Source of the DNA: an uncultured archaeon
GTDB lineage: Archaea > Iainarchaeota > Iainarchaeia > Iainarchaeales > Iainarchaeaceae
Length of the DNA: 43,406 bases
NCBI GenBank assembly: GCA_964372565.1
Contig: CAYJRH010000001.1
Coordinates: 1 to 43,406, forward strand
Direction: 5' to 3'
The position numbers and the translations under genes are program-made. The notes below the pieces were generated by a model. The model worked only from the letters and a program-made list of their open reading frames with translations. It was not told the DNA's origin and made no database searches. Positions within the stretch are counted from its first letter, which is position 1, and each line of letters begins with the position of its first letter. Of this stretch, positions 1 through 8,408 are shown piece by piece.

Positions 1-102
1 ATGGTTGCGGAGCAGGCGAAGGCCTCGAAAGAGAAGGCGCGGAAGGCGCTCGAGGAAACAAAGGGCGACATTGCGGAAGCGATTGAGAATCTAAAGAAGT
101 GA
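1..102 (+). CDS. nac: 3' end of nascent polypeptide-associated complex protein (UBA-like C-terminal domain); partial, 5' end outside the window
   Basis: Frame 1 reads MVAEQAKASKEKARKALEETKGDIAEAIENLKK with stop TGA at 100-102. The ...A.KALEET.GD...AI..L pattern is the C-terminal UBA domain of archaeal NAC. Confidence 0.5.
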   Translation: MVAEQAKASKEKARKALEETKGDIAEAIENLKK

Positions 103-277
103 CGCTTGCGCCGGAAGGCGTGGGCTTTCCCCTGGTCGGGAAAGCGGCGGATTTTGCGGAATGGATGCCATAAATTCTGGAAGCGCATGCTGACTGCCGA
201 CGCCATATTCAAGCTTAAGGGTGAATCCGGCATGCCAATAAAAACTTTTAAATAAACGTATGTGTATATGTATGTGT

Positions 278-511
278 ATGGGCACTAAGACCATAACCGT
301 AATGGATGACGCATATGGCCTTCTTGAAAGGAAAAAGCTCCGTGGAGAAAGCTTTTCAGAGGAGATAAGGAGGCTGCTCGGGGGCAGGAATAGGCACTTC
401 ATGGAGTTTGCGGGGGCGTGGAGAGGCATTTCTACGGCAGGAATTAAGTCGATAAAGGCAAGGGCGGAAAAGGCGAGGAAATCCATTGAGTTCGCAAAGG
501 CTGAATGGTGA
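278..511 (+). CDS. vapB: VapB-type antitoxin (archaeal VAPB_antitox / DUF217-like family)
   Basis: MGTKTITVMDDAYGLLERKKLRGESFSEEIRRLL fits the K-T-I-x-V..D..Y..L....ESFS..I..L signature. Its stop lies 4 nt before the PIN gene. The ORF track opens at 260, but ATG 278 is the position homologous to the start of the paralog at 28130. Confidence 0.75.
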   Translation: MGTKTITVMDDAYGLLERKKLRGESFSEEIRRLLGGRNRHFMEFAGAWRGISTAGIKSIKARAEKARKSIEFAKAEW

Positions 512-515
512 AGCC

Positions 516-911
516 ATGCTGTGCCTCGACTCAACTTTCATAATAGACTACCTCATGGGAGACCCTTCGGCGCTCAAAAAGGGGGCTGAAATAAAGGCAT
601 CCGGGCTAGCCACCACAAGCGTGAATTGCTTTGAAGTGCTTGCCGGCCTGATTGGAAATGGGCGCGTGCCACGGGATTCAGTCGAGGTTTTCTCCGCATT
701 TATTTCCTCGATTGAGGTCTTTGAAGTCGACTATAGGGCTTCCTTTGAATCGGCAATGATATTTGCCGACCTTGCCGCCAAAGGAAGGAAGGTGGAGGGC
801 TCGGACTGCCTTGTTGCCGGCACAATGCTCTCCCACGGTTGCTCGAGCATCCTCACGCGCAACAAGAAGCATTTTGAAAGAATGCCCGGCTTAAAAGTGG
901 AAAGTTATTAG
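516..911 (+). CDS. vapC: PIN-domain ribonuclease toxin VapC
   Basis: MLCLDSTFIIDY... carries the N-terminal acidic D of the PIN fold, followed by FEVLAG, SDCLVAG and ILTRNKKHF motifs. It sits immediately downstream of vapB. The ORF-track start at 486 overlaps vapB, so ATG 516 is preferred. Confidence 0.85.
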   Translation: MLCLDSTFIIDYLMGDPSALKKGAEIKASGLATTSVNCFEVLAGLIGNGRVPRDSVEVFSAFISSIEVFEVDYRASFESAMIFADLAAKGRKVEGSDCLVAGTMLSHGCSSILTRNKKHFERMPGLKVESY

Positions 912-1156
912 AATGGCCAATGCAGTTCCCAGGGGCAATGCACGCAGGGCCCTTGAGGAACGCGGCGGGAACATAATGCCGAAGCCATGGGGAAGTTATC
1001 AAAATAAAACAGGCACCGGTGCCACTACATGAAGCTGAATAAAAAGAAAAGTGGCCCTCCCTTCAAGATGGTTGATATGGGCGCTGGATGGGGGGAAGGC
1101 TCGGCGGCAAAATTTGCAAACGGCAACTTCAAAGAAAAAAAGTTCCCGGAAGGGTA

Positions 1157-1348
1157 ATGGCACTTGAACTCGGTGAAAGAGAGGCACCGGGCATAAAAAT
1201 GGCGTTAGAAGAATGCGGGTTCAAAGTAACCTCCAGAGAATTTACTCCACAAGAAGCCATGGCAAAGGGCTCAAAATTCACAAAAATGGAACTTGAAGCG
1301 GGCAAAAAGGCTATCAGAATAATCGCACAAAAACCAAGAAAAAATTAG
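1157..1348 (+). CDS. small hypothetical protein (63 aa); last of three tightly coupled tiny ORFs
   Basis: MALELGEREAPGIKMALEECGFKVTSREFTPQEAMAKGSKFTKMELEAGKKAIRIIAQKPRKN. ATG 1157 shares its A with the TAA stop of an upstream 42-aa ORF. No recognisable family. Confidence 0.3.
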   Translation: MALELGEREAPGIKMALEECGFKVTSREFTPQEAMAKGSKFTKMELEAGKKAIRIIAQKPRKN

Positions 1349-1374
1349 GCGATTTGCCTTATTTTTAAAAAAAC

Positions 1375-2724
1375 TTATTGCGTAATCAGCTGCGCCCCCG
1401 CTTCGCCGGTTTCCTGCGCCTGTATGTCAAGGGCGCCGAGGCGCTTTGTGCCGTAAATCAGCATTGAGAGGTTCACTTCCTCGCCGATTTGGTGCGCGGG
1501 GTTTATGTAAGCTGGGAAGGTTCCGCCCTTTACCGCGAAATCCGCGTTCGCGTCCTGAACGAAAACGGAGTTGGCGTCAACCAGTGCCTTCTGCAATACC
1601 TCTATGCCGCCCTCGATTTTTTTGGATTCTGCGCCAACCGCCGCGAGGAACCCCGCCTTATCCGCGGCAGGCGCTATTGTCCCCTGCAGTGAAACAATCG
1701 GCTCCTGGACGGAGGAAATTTTCAGGCCGAGGGCTGAGAAGGACGATTCAAGCGATGATTTGAACTGCGCGTAATCGCCGTTGCCGTCATGCTGGATAAT
1801 AACATAGTTCTGGTCGAGGCGGAGCGTGAAGGAGCGCACGCCATTGAAGCCTGAGAGCAAAGTGTTCAGGTCTTCCAAAAGGATTTTCTGCGCGCCGTCG
1901 AAATAAACAAGAGTGCCCTGAGAAGCCTGCGCAATTTGGATGGTTGAGTTGGAGTCTGCCGCCTTTTCTATGGCGAGCTTCGCGGCATCCAATTTTGCCT
2001 TTTGGGTAAGGGGCGAGGTCGCGCGCACGAAGAAATCGTTTTCAAGCGAAGCCACTTTGAAAGCGCCCTGTGCAATGTGCGTGGAAGGCTGCTCGATTTC
2101 CTCGAACGCAATGACTTCCGAGAGGCTCTGGCCCGTGAATTTCGCCTGCACGGTAATTGCTATTGAATCTCCTTTCACAGTTGCACCGGAGATGTATGCC
2201 TGCAGCTGCCGGTTCGGGAAAGAGTATTCCTGGGTGAGGCCGAGGTCGGCGTTCCTGAATTCTATGCTTTCGGGAACCTCGGCAAGCGCCTGCGGATAAA
2301 TTTCGGCGTAGCTGAACTCTGCAAGGCTTTTAATTGAAGGGATCGCGCCGGTCATTTTTTCCGCGGATGAGAACCTTATTTCGGCCCTGAAATTCACGGT
2401 GTCGCTGCCTGTGCCGATGAACTGCGAGCTTGCAACCAAAAGCACGCCCGGGATTTTCCGCAGCGCGGCGTCGATGTTTGCTGCGTCGAATTCAGGCGTT
2501 TTTGCGAGAATGAGGGCTGTGGGAAAAACCTGCACGACCTTTGCCTGCACGCCTGCCGCTTCATACGAGAGAACGGTTGTGTTGTCATTTGGCGGCGGGG
2601 CCTGCGGCCCGGTGTTCTGGGAGCCGGTGCCAGTAAAGGTTACCGCCGCGAGGATTGAGCTGAGCATAATCACCGCAATGAAGATTGCGAACAGCTGGCC
2701 TCCTGTCAGTTCCATTGGTTGCAC
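1375..2724 (-). CDS. secreted or membrane-anchored hypothetical protein with a pilin-like (class III) N-terminus
   Basis: 449-aa ORF with a GTG start at 2724; the first ATG is at 2715. The N-terminus MELTGG|QLFAIFIAVIMLSSILAAV is a short leader, then G-Q, then a hydrophobic helix. The rest has extracellular-looking composition. A TATA-like ATTTTAAAAAC lies at 2737-2747. Confidence 0.65.
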   Translation of the reverse strand: MQPMELTGGQLFAIFIAVIMLSSILAAVTFTGTGSQNTGPQAPPPNDNTTVLSYEAAGVQAKVVQVFPTALILAKTPEFDAANIDAALRKIPGVLLVASSQFIGTGSDTVNFRAEIRFSSAEKMTGAIPSIKSLAEFSYAEIYPQALAEVPESIEFRNADLGLTQEYSFPNRQLQAYISGATVKGDSIAITVQAKFTGQSLSEVIAFEEIEQPSTHIAQGAFKVASLENDFFVRATSPLTQKAKLDAAKLAIEKAADSNSTIQIAQASQGTLVYFDGAQKILLEDLNTLLSGFNGVRSFTLRLDQNYVIIQHDGNGDYAQFKSSLESSFSALGLKISSVQEPIVSLQGTIAPAADKAGFLAAVGAESKKIEGGIEVLQKALVDANSVFVQDANADFAVKGGTFPAYINPAHQIGEEVNLSMLIYGTKRLGALDIQAQETGEAGAQLITQ

Positions 2725-2841
2725 CTTTACAGCGTGATTTTAAAAACACAATCGGGGGAAAGCATAATCTGGGCTTTCCAAAGAAATGCCCATAAAAAGC
2801 CTTATAAAGCGGATTTTTTTGCAAGCCAAAGGGGTAAAGCT

Positions 2842-3552
2842 GTGAAGGAAAAGAGCGTTGTGCTGGTAGAGTTCACGGGAACCGAAGCCGGAAGCGGAAG
2901 GGTCTTTGACACGACTTCCGAGCAAACCGCCAAGGGCGCAGGTTTTTACAGGGAGGACGGGGTTTACGGCCCGCTTCCTGCCATTGTGGGGCATGGGGGC
3001 CTGTTGCCGGGGCTGGAGTCGGCGCTCATGCTCATGAGCGAGGGCGAGTCTAAAAAGCTGAGGCTTTCCGCGAAAGAGGCCTTCGGCGAGCGCAGGAAGG
3101 AGCTTGTCTTCATCGTGCCTTTGCAGGAGTTCAGGAAGCGCGGGATACAGCCGGTGCCGGGGCTTGTAGTTGATTTGAACGGGAGCTACGGAAGGGTGCA
3201 GACGGTTTCAGGGGGGAGGGTGCGCGTGGACATGAACAATGACCTGGCAGGCAAGGAGGTTGATTATGAGCTGAAGGTTGTGCGCGAAGTAAAAGACCCG
3301 AAGGAAAAGGCGCAGCTGCTCGCGGAGAAATATTTCCCGCTCAAGCGGAAAGCCGAAACAAGGATTGAGGGGGATGCGCTGAAGGTGAAGCTGCCGAAGG
3401 AAATCGCCCAGAAGCTCGGCCCCCTCGCGGCCCCGTTCACAAAAACCGTGAAGGAAGTGATGCCTGAAATCAGGAGCGTTGAGATTGTGGAATCGTTCGA
3501 GGCCGAGAAGGATAAGGCAGATACTGGGAAAAACCGGTCATCCAAAAATTAG
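2842..3552 (+). CDS. FKBP-type peptidyl-prolyl cis-trans isomerase, long archaeal form (FKBP + IF insert + C-terminal domain)
   Basis: VVLVEFTGTEAGSGRVFDTT...GLLPGLESALMLMSEGESKKL...AFGERRKELV...GRVRVDMNNDLAGKEVDYELKV is a SlyD/FKBP26-like pattern. The in-frame GTG at 2842 is preceded by GGGGT and by a TATA-like CTTATAAAG at 2801-2809. The ORF-track ATG at 2719 would overlap the divergent gene's start and adds non-homologous sequence. Confidence 0.85.
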   Translation: MKEKSVVLVEFTGTEAGSGRVFDTTSEQTAKGAGFYREDGVYGPLPAIVGHGGLLPGLESALMLMSEGESKKLRLSAKEAFGERRKELVFIVPLQEFRKRGIQPVPGLVVDLNGSYGRVQTVSGGRVRVDMNNDLAGKEVDYELKVVREVKDPKEKAQLLAEKYFPLKRKAETRIEGDALKVKLPKEIAQKLGPLAAPFTKTVKEVMPEIRSVEIVESFEAEKDKADTGKNRSSKN

Positions 3553-3795
3553 TTTCTCGATTTCCGCTTTCATGCGGACGTTGAGCGAAATGTGCAGGCC
3601 ATATCCGGTCGGCTTTTTTACAACAAGCCCTTCCTTGACAAGTTCATCAAGCCCCGCCTTGAAATCATTCCAGTGCTCGGGCGGAATCCCGCGCTTCCAC
3701 ATTTCATCAAAGGCGGTGTGCCTCCCGCCCCAGAGGCCCTTTCTCGCCATTTTGTACAAAATGCGCCTTTTCACCTCAAATGACGAAAGTTTCAT
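3538..3795 (-). CDS. small winged-helix-like DNA-binding protein (85 aa)
   Basis: MKLSSFEVKRRILYKMARKGLWGGRHTAFDEMWKRGIPPEHW...LVKEGLVVKKPTGYGLHISLN. The internal ATG at 3795 is used because the upstream 82 aa of the track ORF are low-quality and overlap the divergent gene. Confidence 0.55.
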   Translation of the reverse strand: MKLSSFEVKRRILYKMARKGLWGGRHTAFDEMWKRGIPPEHWNDFKAGLDELVKEGLVVKKPTGYGLHISLNVRMKAEIEKLIFG

Positions 3796-3848
3796 AAATT
3801 GAAATATAAAGAGTAAGAAATTTAAACTTAGCGGCGATTGATGTTTAT

Positions 3849-4178
3849 ATGAAAAATGAAAAATCGTTATTTGCGGAATTCTTCGGCGATTACCCGATGA
3901 TAAGGGTTCTGGATTTCCTTCTGGAGAACGACGTATTTGACTACTCCAAAAAGGACATCTGCAAAAACTCCGACGTGTCGTGGAATACATTGGAAACTTT
4001 CTGGAGCAACCTGGAGGGGATGGGCATAGTGGCTTACACAAGAAAAGTCGGCAAGGCAGGCATGTACAAAATCAACACGGCCAGTCCCATTGTGGCGCAC
4101 CTCGCCGAGCTTGACAGGAAGCTCGTGAAGAAGTCCATGGAAAGCATCGGTGAAGCCAAGGCTAAAGCCTTTGCCTGA
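3849..4178 (+). CDS. winged-helix transcriptional regulator-like protein
   Basis: LFAEFFGDYPMIRVLDFLLENDVFDYSKKDICKNSDVSWNTLETFWSNLEGMGIVAYTRKVGKAGMYKIN has the typical archaeal wHTH layout. It is divergent from the 3538-3795 gene. Confidence 0.6.
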   Translation: MKNEKSLFAEFFGDYPMIRVLDFLLENDVFDYSKKDICKNSDVSWNTLETFWSNLEGMGIVAYTRKVGKAGMYKINTASPIVAHLAELDRKLVKKSMESIGEAKAKAFA

Positions 4179-4252
4179 AAATGCCCAGACAACCTTTATA
4201 AACGTTTGTTAGGGAGAATCCTTTAGGCTCATTCTGATTTTGAGGAATTTAC

Positions 4253-4897
4253 ATGGTTGAAAAGGACCTGAAAACAGGGACAACGACAGTAGGCCTTGTT
4301 TACGACTCTGGCATTGTCCTCGCTGCGGACAAGCGCGCGAGCATGGGCCACATCGCATACGAGGATGAATCCGAGAAGATTTACAAAATCAACGACTCGC
4401 TTGCGGTCACAAACGCGGGCGATGTGGGCGACAGCCTTATGGTAATAAGGTTCCTGAGGAGCCACGCAAAAATTTATGAGCTCGAGAGGAACGAGCGCCT
4501 GACCTCGCGCGCGGCGGCGAACTTCCTTTCGAACATAATGAACGCGAACAGGTATTACCCTTACATTGTGCAGCTCGTCATCGGCGGCTACAACGGCAAT
4601 CCGGAGCTTTTTGATTTGACGCCGATGGGCGCGATACTTGAAAGGGACAAGTATGCGGTAAGCGGCTCGGGAACCGAGCCGGCTCTGGTGACGCTCGACA
4701 ACTCATACAAAAAAGGGATGAACGAGAAGGACGCCGTTGTGCTTGCTGTGCGCGCGATTGAGGCCGCCAAAAGAAGGGACATTTTCTCTGGCGGTGCCGG
4801 GGCAACGGTCTTTGTCATCGACGCGAAGGGCGTGAGGGAATTGCCGAAGGACAAGGTAGAAAAGATAATCAGGGAAACGGCCACTGCGTCTATGTAA
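4253..4897 (+). CDS. psmB: proteasome subunit beta
   Basis: The propeptide MVEKDLKTG is followed by the catalytic Thr in TTTVGLVYDSGIVLAADKRASMG. Ntn-hydrolase beta-subunit pattern runs throughout. A TATA-like CTTTATAAAC lies about 50 nt upstream. Confidence 0.95.
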   Translation: MVEKDLKTGTTTVGLVYDSGIVLAADKRASMGHIAYEDESEKIYKINDSLAVTNAGDVGDSLMVIRFLRSHAKIYELERNERLTSRAAANFLSNIMNANRYYPYIVQLVIGGYNGNPELFDLTPMGAILERDKYAVSGSGTEPALVTLDNSYKKGMNEKDAVVLAVRAIEAAKRRDIFSGGAGATVFVIDAKGVRELPKDKVEKIIRETATASM

Positions 4898-4900
4898 AAA

Positions 4901-4936
4901 CCGCCAAGCCGGCGGGTTATTGCCATTAATTTTTTG
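4901..4936 (+). terminator. hairpin plus T-tract downstream of psmB
   Basis: CCGCCaagccGGCGG (4901-4915) is followed by ATTTTTTG (4929-4936). Archaeal termination uses oligo-T tracts. Confidence 0.3.
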
Positions 4937-4988
4937 AAAGTTGCTGAAATTTTTCCCTGAACTTGCACTATAGGAATTTTTTGGAGCC

Positions 4989-7900
4989 GTGGTTATGGAG
5001 TACCTCAAGGAAGTGAAGGAAGTCGTTGCGGCAATCGTGCCGAAGGAAGCCGAGGTCACCTTGGTGGACCTCGAGGGCCCTGAAATCGCAATCTACACAA
5101 AGAAGCCGAAGGTTTTCCACGACAACGAGGATTACGTGCGCGCAATCGCGCACCAGCTGAAGAAAAAAGTCAACATACGCGGCGACAAGTCATTGCTTAT
5201 AGATGAGAACGAGGCGCGCGAAAAGATAATGAAGATCGTGCCTGAAGGCGCGAAAATCTCGGACATACAGTTCACCGAGGCGTTCAGCGAAGTCGTCATC
5301 GAGGCGCTGAAGCCGGGGCTTGTGATAGGCAAGGGCGGAATGACGACAAAGGAAATAATCCTGCAGACGGGCTGGACCCCGAGGATCCTGCGCAGCCCGA
5401 CATCGCCGAGCGAAATCCTCAAGGGCATCAGGCACCACCTCGTGAAATACGCGCCCGAGCGCAAAAAGATACTCCAGGAAACGGCGAAGAAGATTTATTC
5501 CGAGAAGCCCGCGCCGAGCTGGATAAGGCTCACGCCGCTTGGCGGGTTCAGGCAGGTCGGAAGGAGCTGCATAATGCTCGAAACCCGCCGCACCAAAATC
5601 CTTTTGGATTGCGGAATCAACGTTGCGGCACAAGCCCCCGAAGACGCTTACCCCTTCCTTGATGCGATACGCTTCCCGATAAACGAGCTGGACGCTGTTG
5701 TGCTTAGCCACGCGCACATGGACCACTGCGCATTCATCCCATACCTCTTCAAGCTCGGCTATCGCGGGCCCGTGTACCTCACAGAGCCAACGCGCGACCT
5801 CGCGGCGCTCCTGCTCTTCGATTACCTCGACATACTCGCAAAGGACAACAAGGAGGCGCCGTACAGCGAGCGCGACGTGAAGGAAATGCTCAAGTACTGC
5901 ATTGTGCGCGACTACCGCGAGGTAACGGACATAGCGCCCGACATGAGGCTCACTTTCCACAACGCGGCGCACGTGCTCGGCAGCGCTTCGGTGCACCTGC
6001 ACATAGGAGAGGGCGCCCACAACTTGGTGTATTCTCTTGACCAAAAAACTCCGATTACGGTTTTTGACAAGGATGGAAACATGGAAATATGCGGAATAGG
6101 GAAACTTGTCGACAGGGAAATAAAAAAATTCGGGGTCGGAAACGGCTTTGTGGAGGAGGCAGCTAATTTTAGCGGCTGGAAAACTATTGCGTTCAATCCC
6201 CAAACATTAAAGTCTGAATTAGTGGACATAACCTCTTTCATAAGGCACCCGGTAAACGAGGATTTGTTTGAGATATCCACTTCAACCGGAAGGAAAACCA
6301 CGGTGACTGGCTCCCATAGCGTGTTTATGGTGAAAAATGGCAAAGTTGAAAGTGCCATGGCGAAAGACCTGCGTTTGGGAGATTACATCATAGGCTCGAA
6401 AAATCTTGATTTGACTCAAAAGAAACCGCTTATAAAACTGGAAAAAAATGCTTTTGCGCTCAAGTATAGTGGAAAAGAACTTGGGCTTGTTTTGGAAGCG
6501 TTAAGCGGAAAACTGCAAAAATCTTTCCCGCTTCAAGCTGAAAAAATAACGCCTTGGATAAAGGACAGGCTGGAAAATGGGATGTATGAAAACGCGATAG
6601 CGAAAAAGTACGGCGTTTCGCGAAAAACGGTCAGAAAGTATTTTAAAAAACTCGGGATAGGGAAGAATCCAAGGGTAAAAAATGCCTTTCCGGCAGAGGT
6701 GGAAATAACTGCGGGTTTTGCAAGGTTCTTGGGATACTTTATATCTGAGGGGAGCGTCAACAGAAATACCGTAATCATAACGCAATACCGCAAGGAAATG
6801 CTTGAAGACGCAATAGAAATCATAAAATCTGCCTTTGGCATTAATGGAAAAATAGTGAAATACGAAGCGCAATTCTATTCAAAGCAACTTTGCATGTTGC
6901 TGAAGAAAACTCTAAAGTGCGGGGCTAATGCATATGTTAAAAGAATGCCCAAAGGGCTGGCTTTGGCTCCAAAAGAAGTGATTTCTGAATTCCTGAAAGG
7001 GTATTTTATGGGTGACGGTTCTTTTAGGGTCAGGAAAAACGGCAAAGGCATTTCCATAAACGCCGCCTCCAAAAGCAAATTTTTAATTCAGGAAATAGGA
7101 TTCCTGCTTTTGCGCCTTGGCATTGCCCCGACGTTCGAATACAATAAGAGCAGCAAAATGCACAATGTTCATGTCTATGGCAGAAAACAGTTAGAGGTTT
7201 TTTTGTCTAACGCAAAAATCCCGGAGTGGGAAAAGAAACTTTCGGCAAACCCTTCAATCAAAGAAAAAAGCCATTTTGCGGACCGCCTGCCAATCAAGGC
7301 CCTTTCAGAGCAAACACGGGGCGTTTTAGGCAAGACTTCGTGGCAAAACGCCAAATGCTGCGGCAACACGCTTTTAATGAAATTCGGCTGCGGCGACCAT
7401 GAAAAAAAGCTGGTGGAATCGGATTTGATGCTGGATGAAATTGCAAATATTAGGAAAGTGCGGCCAACCGGCAATTACGTCTACGATTTTTGCGTAAAGG
7501 GGTACGAAAACTTTTTGGGCGGCATCGGGCAATTATTCATGCATAACAGCGCGGACATCAAGTACGGGTTCACGAGGCTTTTCAACAACGTTGACATCAA
7601 CTACCCGAGGATTGAAACCCTCATTGTCGAGAGCACTTACGGGGGCAAGGATGATATTCAGACAGCGCGCGAGGAAACCGAGGCGAAATTGCTGCGCGTG
7701 ATACAGGAAACCGTGAACCAGGGCGGCTCCATACTGGTGCCAGTGTTCGCTGTCGGCAGGGCGCAGGAGCTGCAACTTGTGATCGAGAATTTTTACCGCA
7801 AGGGATTCATAGACTCGGAGGTCAAAGTGTATGTTGACGGCATGACAAAGGAAAGCTCGGCAATACACACCGCTTATCCTGAGTATCTGCGCACGGGCGT

Positions 7901-8408
7901 GCAGAAAAGGGTCCTGCAGAACGACTCGCCATTCACTTCGGACATTTTCCAGGTTGCGAAGCCCGAGGATAGGGATTCGATTTGCCAGAACGGAAAGGTG
8001 ATAATCCTTGCGTCGAGCGGAATGCTGACCGGAGGCGCGAGCGTCCAGTACTTCTACAGGCTGGCCGAGAACCCAATTAACACAATTGCGTTTGTCGGTT
8101 ACCAGGGCGAAGGCTCTTTGGGCAGGAAAATCGTGAGCGGCGTGAAGAGCATACCGATTACGGACAATGGCGGGAGGACAAGGAAGCTCAGCATCAACAT
8201 GCGCGTGGAGCGCCTTGACGGTTTTTCAGGGCACTCGGACAGGATGCAGCTCTCAGCTTATGTGCGCAACCTCAAGCCGAAGCCGAAGCGCATACTGACA
8301 GACCACGGCGAAGCGGAGAAATGCATTGATTTGGCGAAGCACTTCTCGCAGAAGTTCGGGATTAGCTCGCAGGCGATAAGGAACCTGGACAGCGTAAGGC
8401 TGAAGTAA
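4989..8408 (+). CDS. fttA: archaeal CPSF1/FttA-type beta-CASP ribonuclease (2 KH + metallo-beta-lactamase + beta-CASP), interrupted by a 505-aa intein
   Basis: The N-terminal KH region carries VIGKGGMTTKEI, and the MBL motif is VLSHAHMDHCAF. NAAHVLGSAS...HIGEGAHNLVY is followed by the intein and then SADIKYGFTRLF, with the C-terminal beta-CASP/MBL ending in GFSGHSD. Extein length is 634 aa. The start is GTG 4989 or ATG 4995. Confidence 0.93.
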   Translation: MVMEYLKEVKEVVAAIVPKEAEVTLVDLEGPEIAIYTKKPKVFHDNEDYVRAIAHQLKKKVNIRGDKSLLIDENEAREKIMKIVPEGAKISDIQFTEAFSEVVIEALKPGLVIGKGGMTTKEIILQTGWTPRILRSPTSPSEILKGIRHHLVKYAPERKKILQETAKKIYSEKPAPSWIRLTPLGGFRQVGRSCIMLETRRTKILLDCGINVAAQAPEDAYPFLDAIRFPINELDAVVLSHAHMDHCAFIPYLFKLGYRGPVYLTEPTRDLAALLLFDYLDILAKDNKEAPYSERDVKEMLKYCIVRDYREVTDIAPDMRLTFHNAAHVLGSASVHLHIGEGAHNLVYSLDQKTPITVFDKDGNMEICGIGKLVDREIKKFGVGNGFVEEAANFSGWKTIAFNPQTLKSELVDITSFIRHPVNEDLFEISTSTGRKTTVTGSHSVFMVKNGKVESAMAKDLRLGDYIIGSKNLDLTQKKPLIKLEKNAFALKYSGKELGLVLEALSGKLQKSFPLQAEKITPWIKDRLENGMYENAIAKKYGVSRKTVRKYFKKLGIGKNPRVKNAFPAEVEITAGFARFLGYFISEGSVNRNTVIITQYRKEMLEDAIEIIKSAFGINGKIVKYEAQFYSKQLCMLLKKTLKCGANAYVKRMPKGLALAPKEVISEFLKGYFMGDGSFRVRKNGKGISINAASKSKFLIQEIGFLLLRLGIAPTFEYNKSSKMHNVHVYGRKQLEVFLSNAKIPEWEKKLSANPSIKEKSHFADRLPIKALSEQTRGVLGKTSWQNAKCCGNTLLMKFGCGDHEKKLVESDLMLDEIANIRKVRPTGNYVYDFCVKGYENFLGGIGQLFMHNSADIKYGFTRLFNNVDINYPRIETLIVESTYGGKDDIQTAREETEAKLLRVIQETVNQGGSILVPVFAVGRAQELQLVIENFYRKGFIDSEVKVYVDGMTKESSAIHTAYPEYLRTGVQKRVLQNDSPFTSDIFQVAKPEDRDSICQNGKVIILASSGMLTGGASVQYFYRLAENPINTIAFVGYQGEGSLGRKIVSGVKSIPITDNGGRTRKLSINMRVERLDGFSGHSDRMQLSAYVRNLKPKPKRILTDHGEAEKCIDLAKHFSQKFGISSQAIRNLDSVRLK
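6033..7547 (+). mobile_element. intein (505 aa) with a LAGLIDADG homing endonuclease, inside aCPSF1
   Basis: It starts SLDQKTPITV (Ser1) directly after ...HNLVY. Block B is VTGSHSVF (TxxH). The LAGLIDADG motifs are FLGYFISEGSV and LKGYFMGDGSF. Block F/G is VYDFCVKGYENFLGGIGQLFMHN, followed by Ser +1 (SAD...). The segment looks AT-richer than the flanking extein by eye. Confidence 0.9.

Noticed and set aside
2719-2841. ATG 2719 as the start of the FKBP gene.
   Set aside because: It would overlap the start of the divergent 1375-2724 gene and place both promoters (TATA-like boxes at about 2737-2747 and 2801-2809) inside coding sequence. FKBP homology begins right after GTG 2842.
3479-3802. 107-aa plus-strand ORF overlapping the end of the FKBP gene and the small wHTH gene.
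   Set aside because: It is antisense to the better-supported 3538-3795 gene, and its translation is Ser/Pro/Phe-rich without features.
5190-6203. 337-aa minus-strand ORF inside aCPSF1. Similar long antisense ORFs occur at 22611-23261, 23285-23890, 24842-25444, 26408-27172, 33619-34380, 37778-38563, 41573-42358 and 42394-43401.
   Set aside because: These are shadow ORFs opposite strongly supported genes. Their translations are Arg/His/Pro-rich with no motifs.
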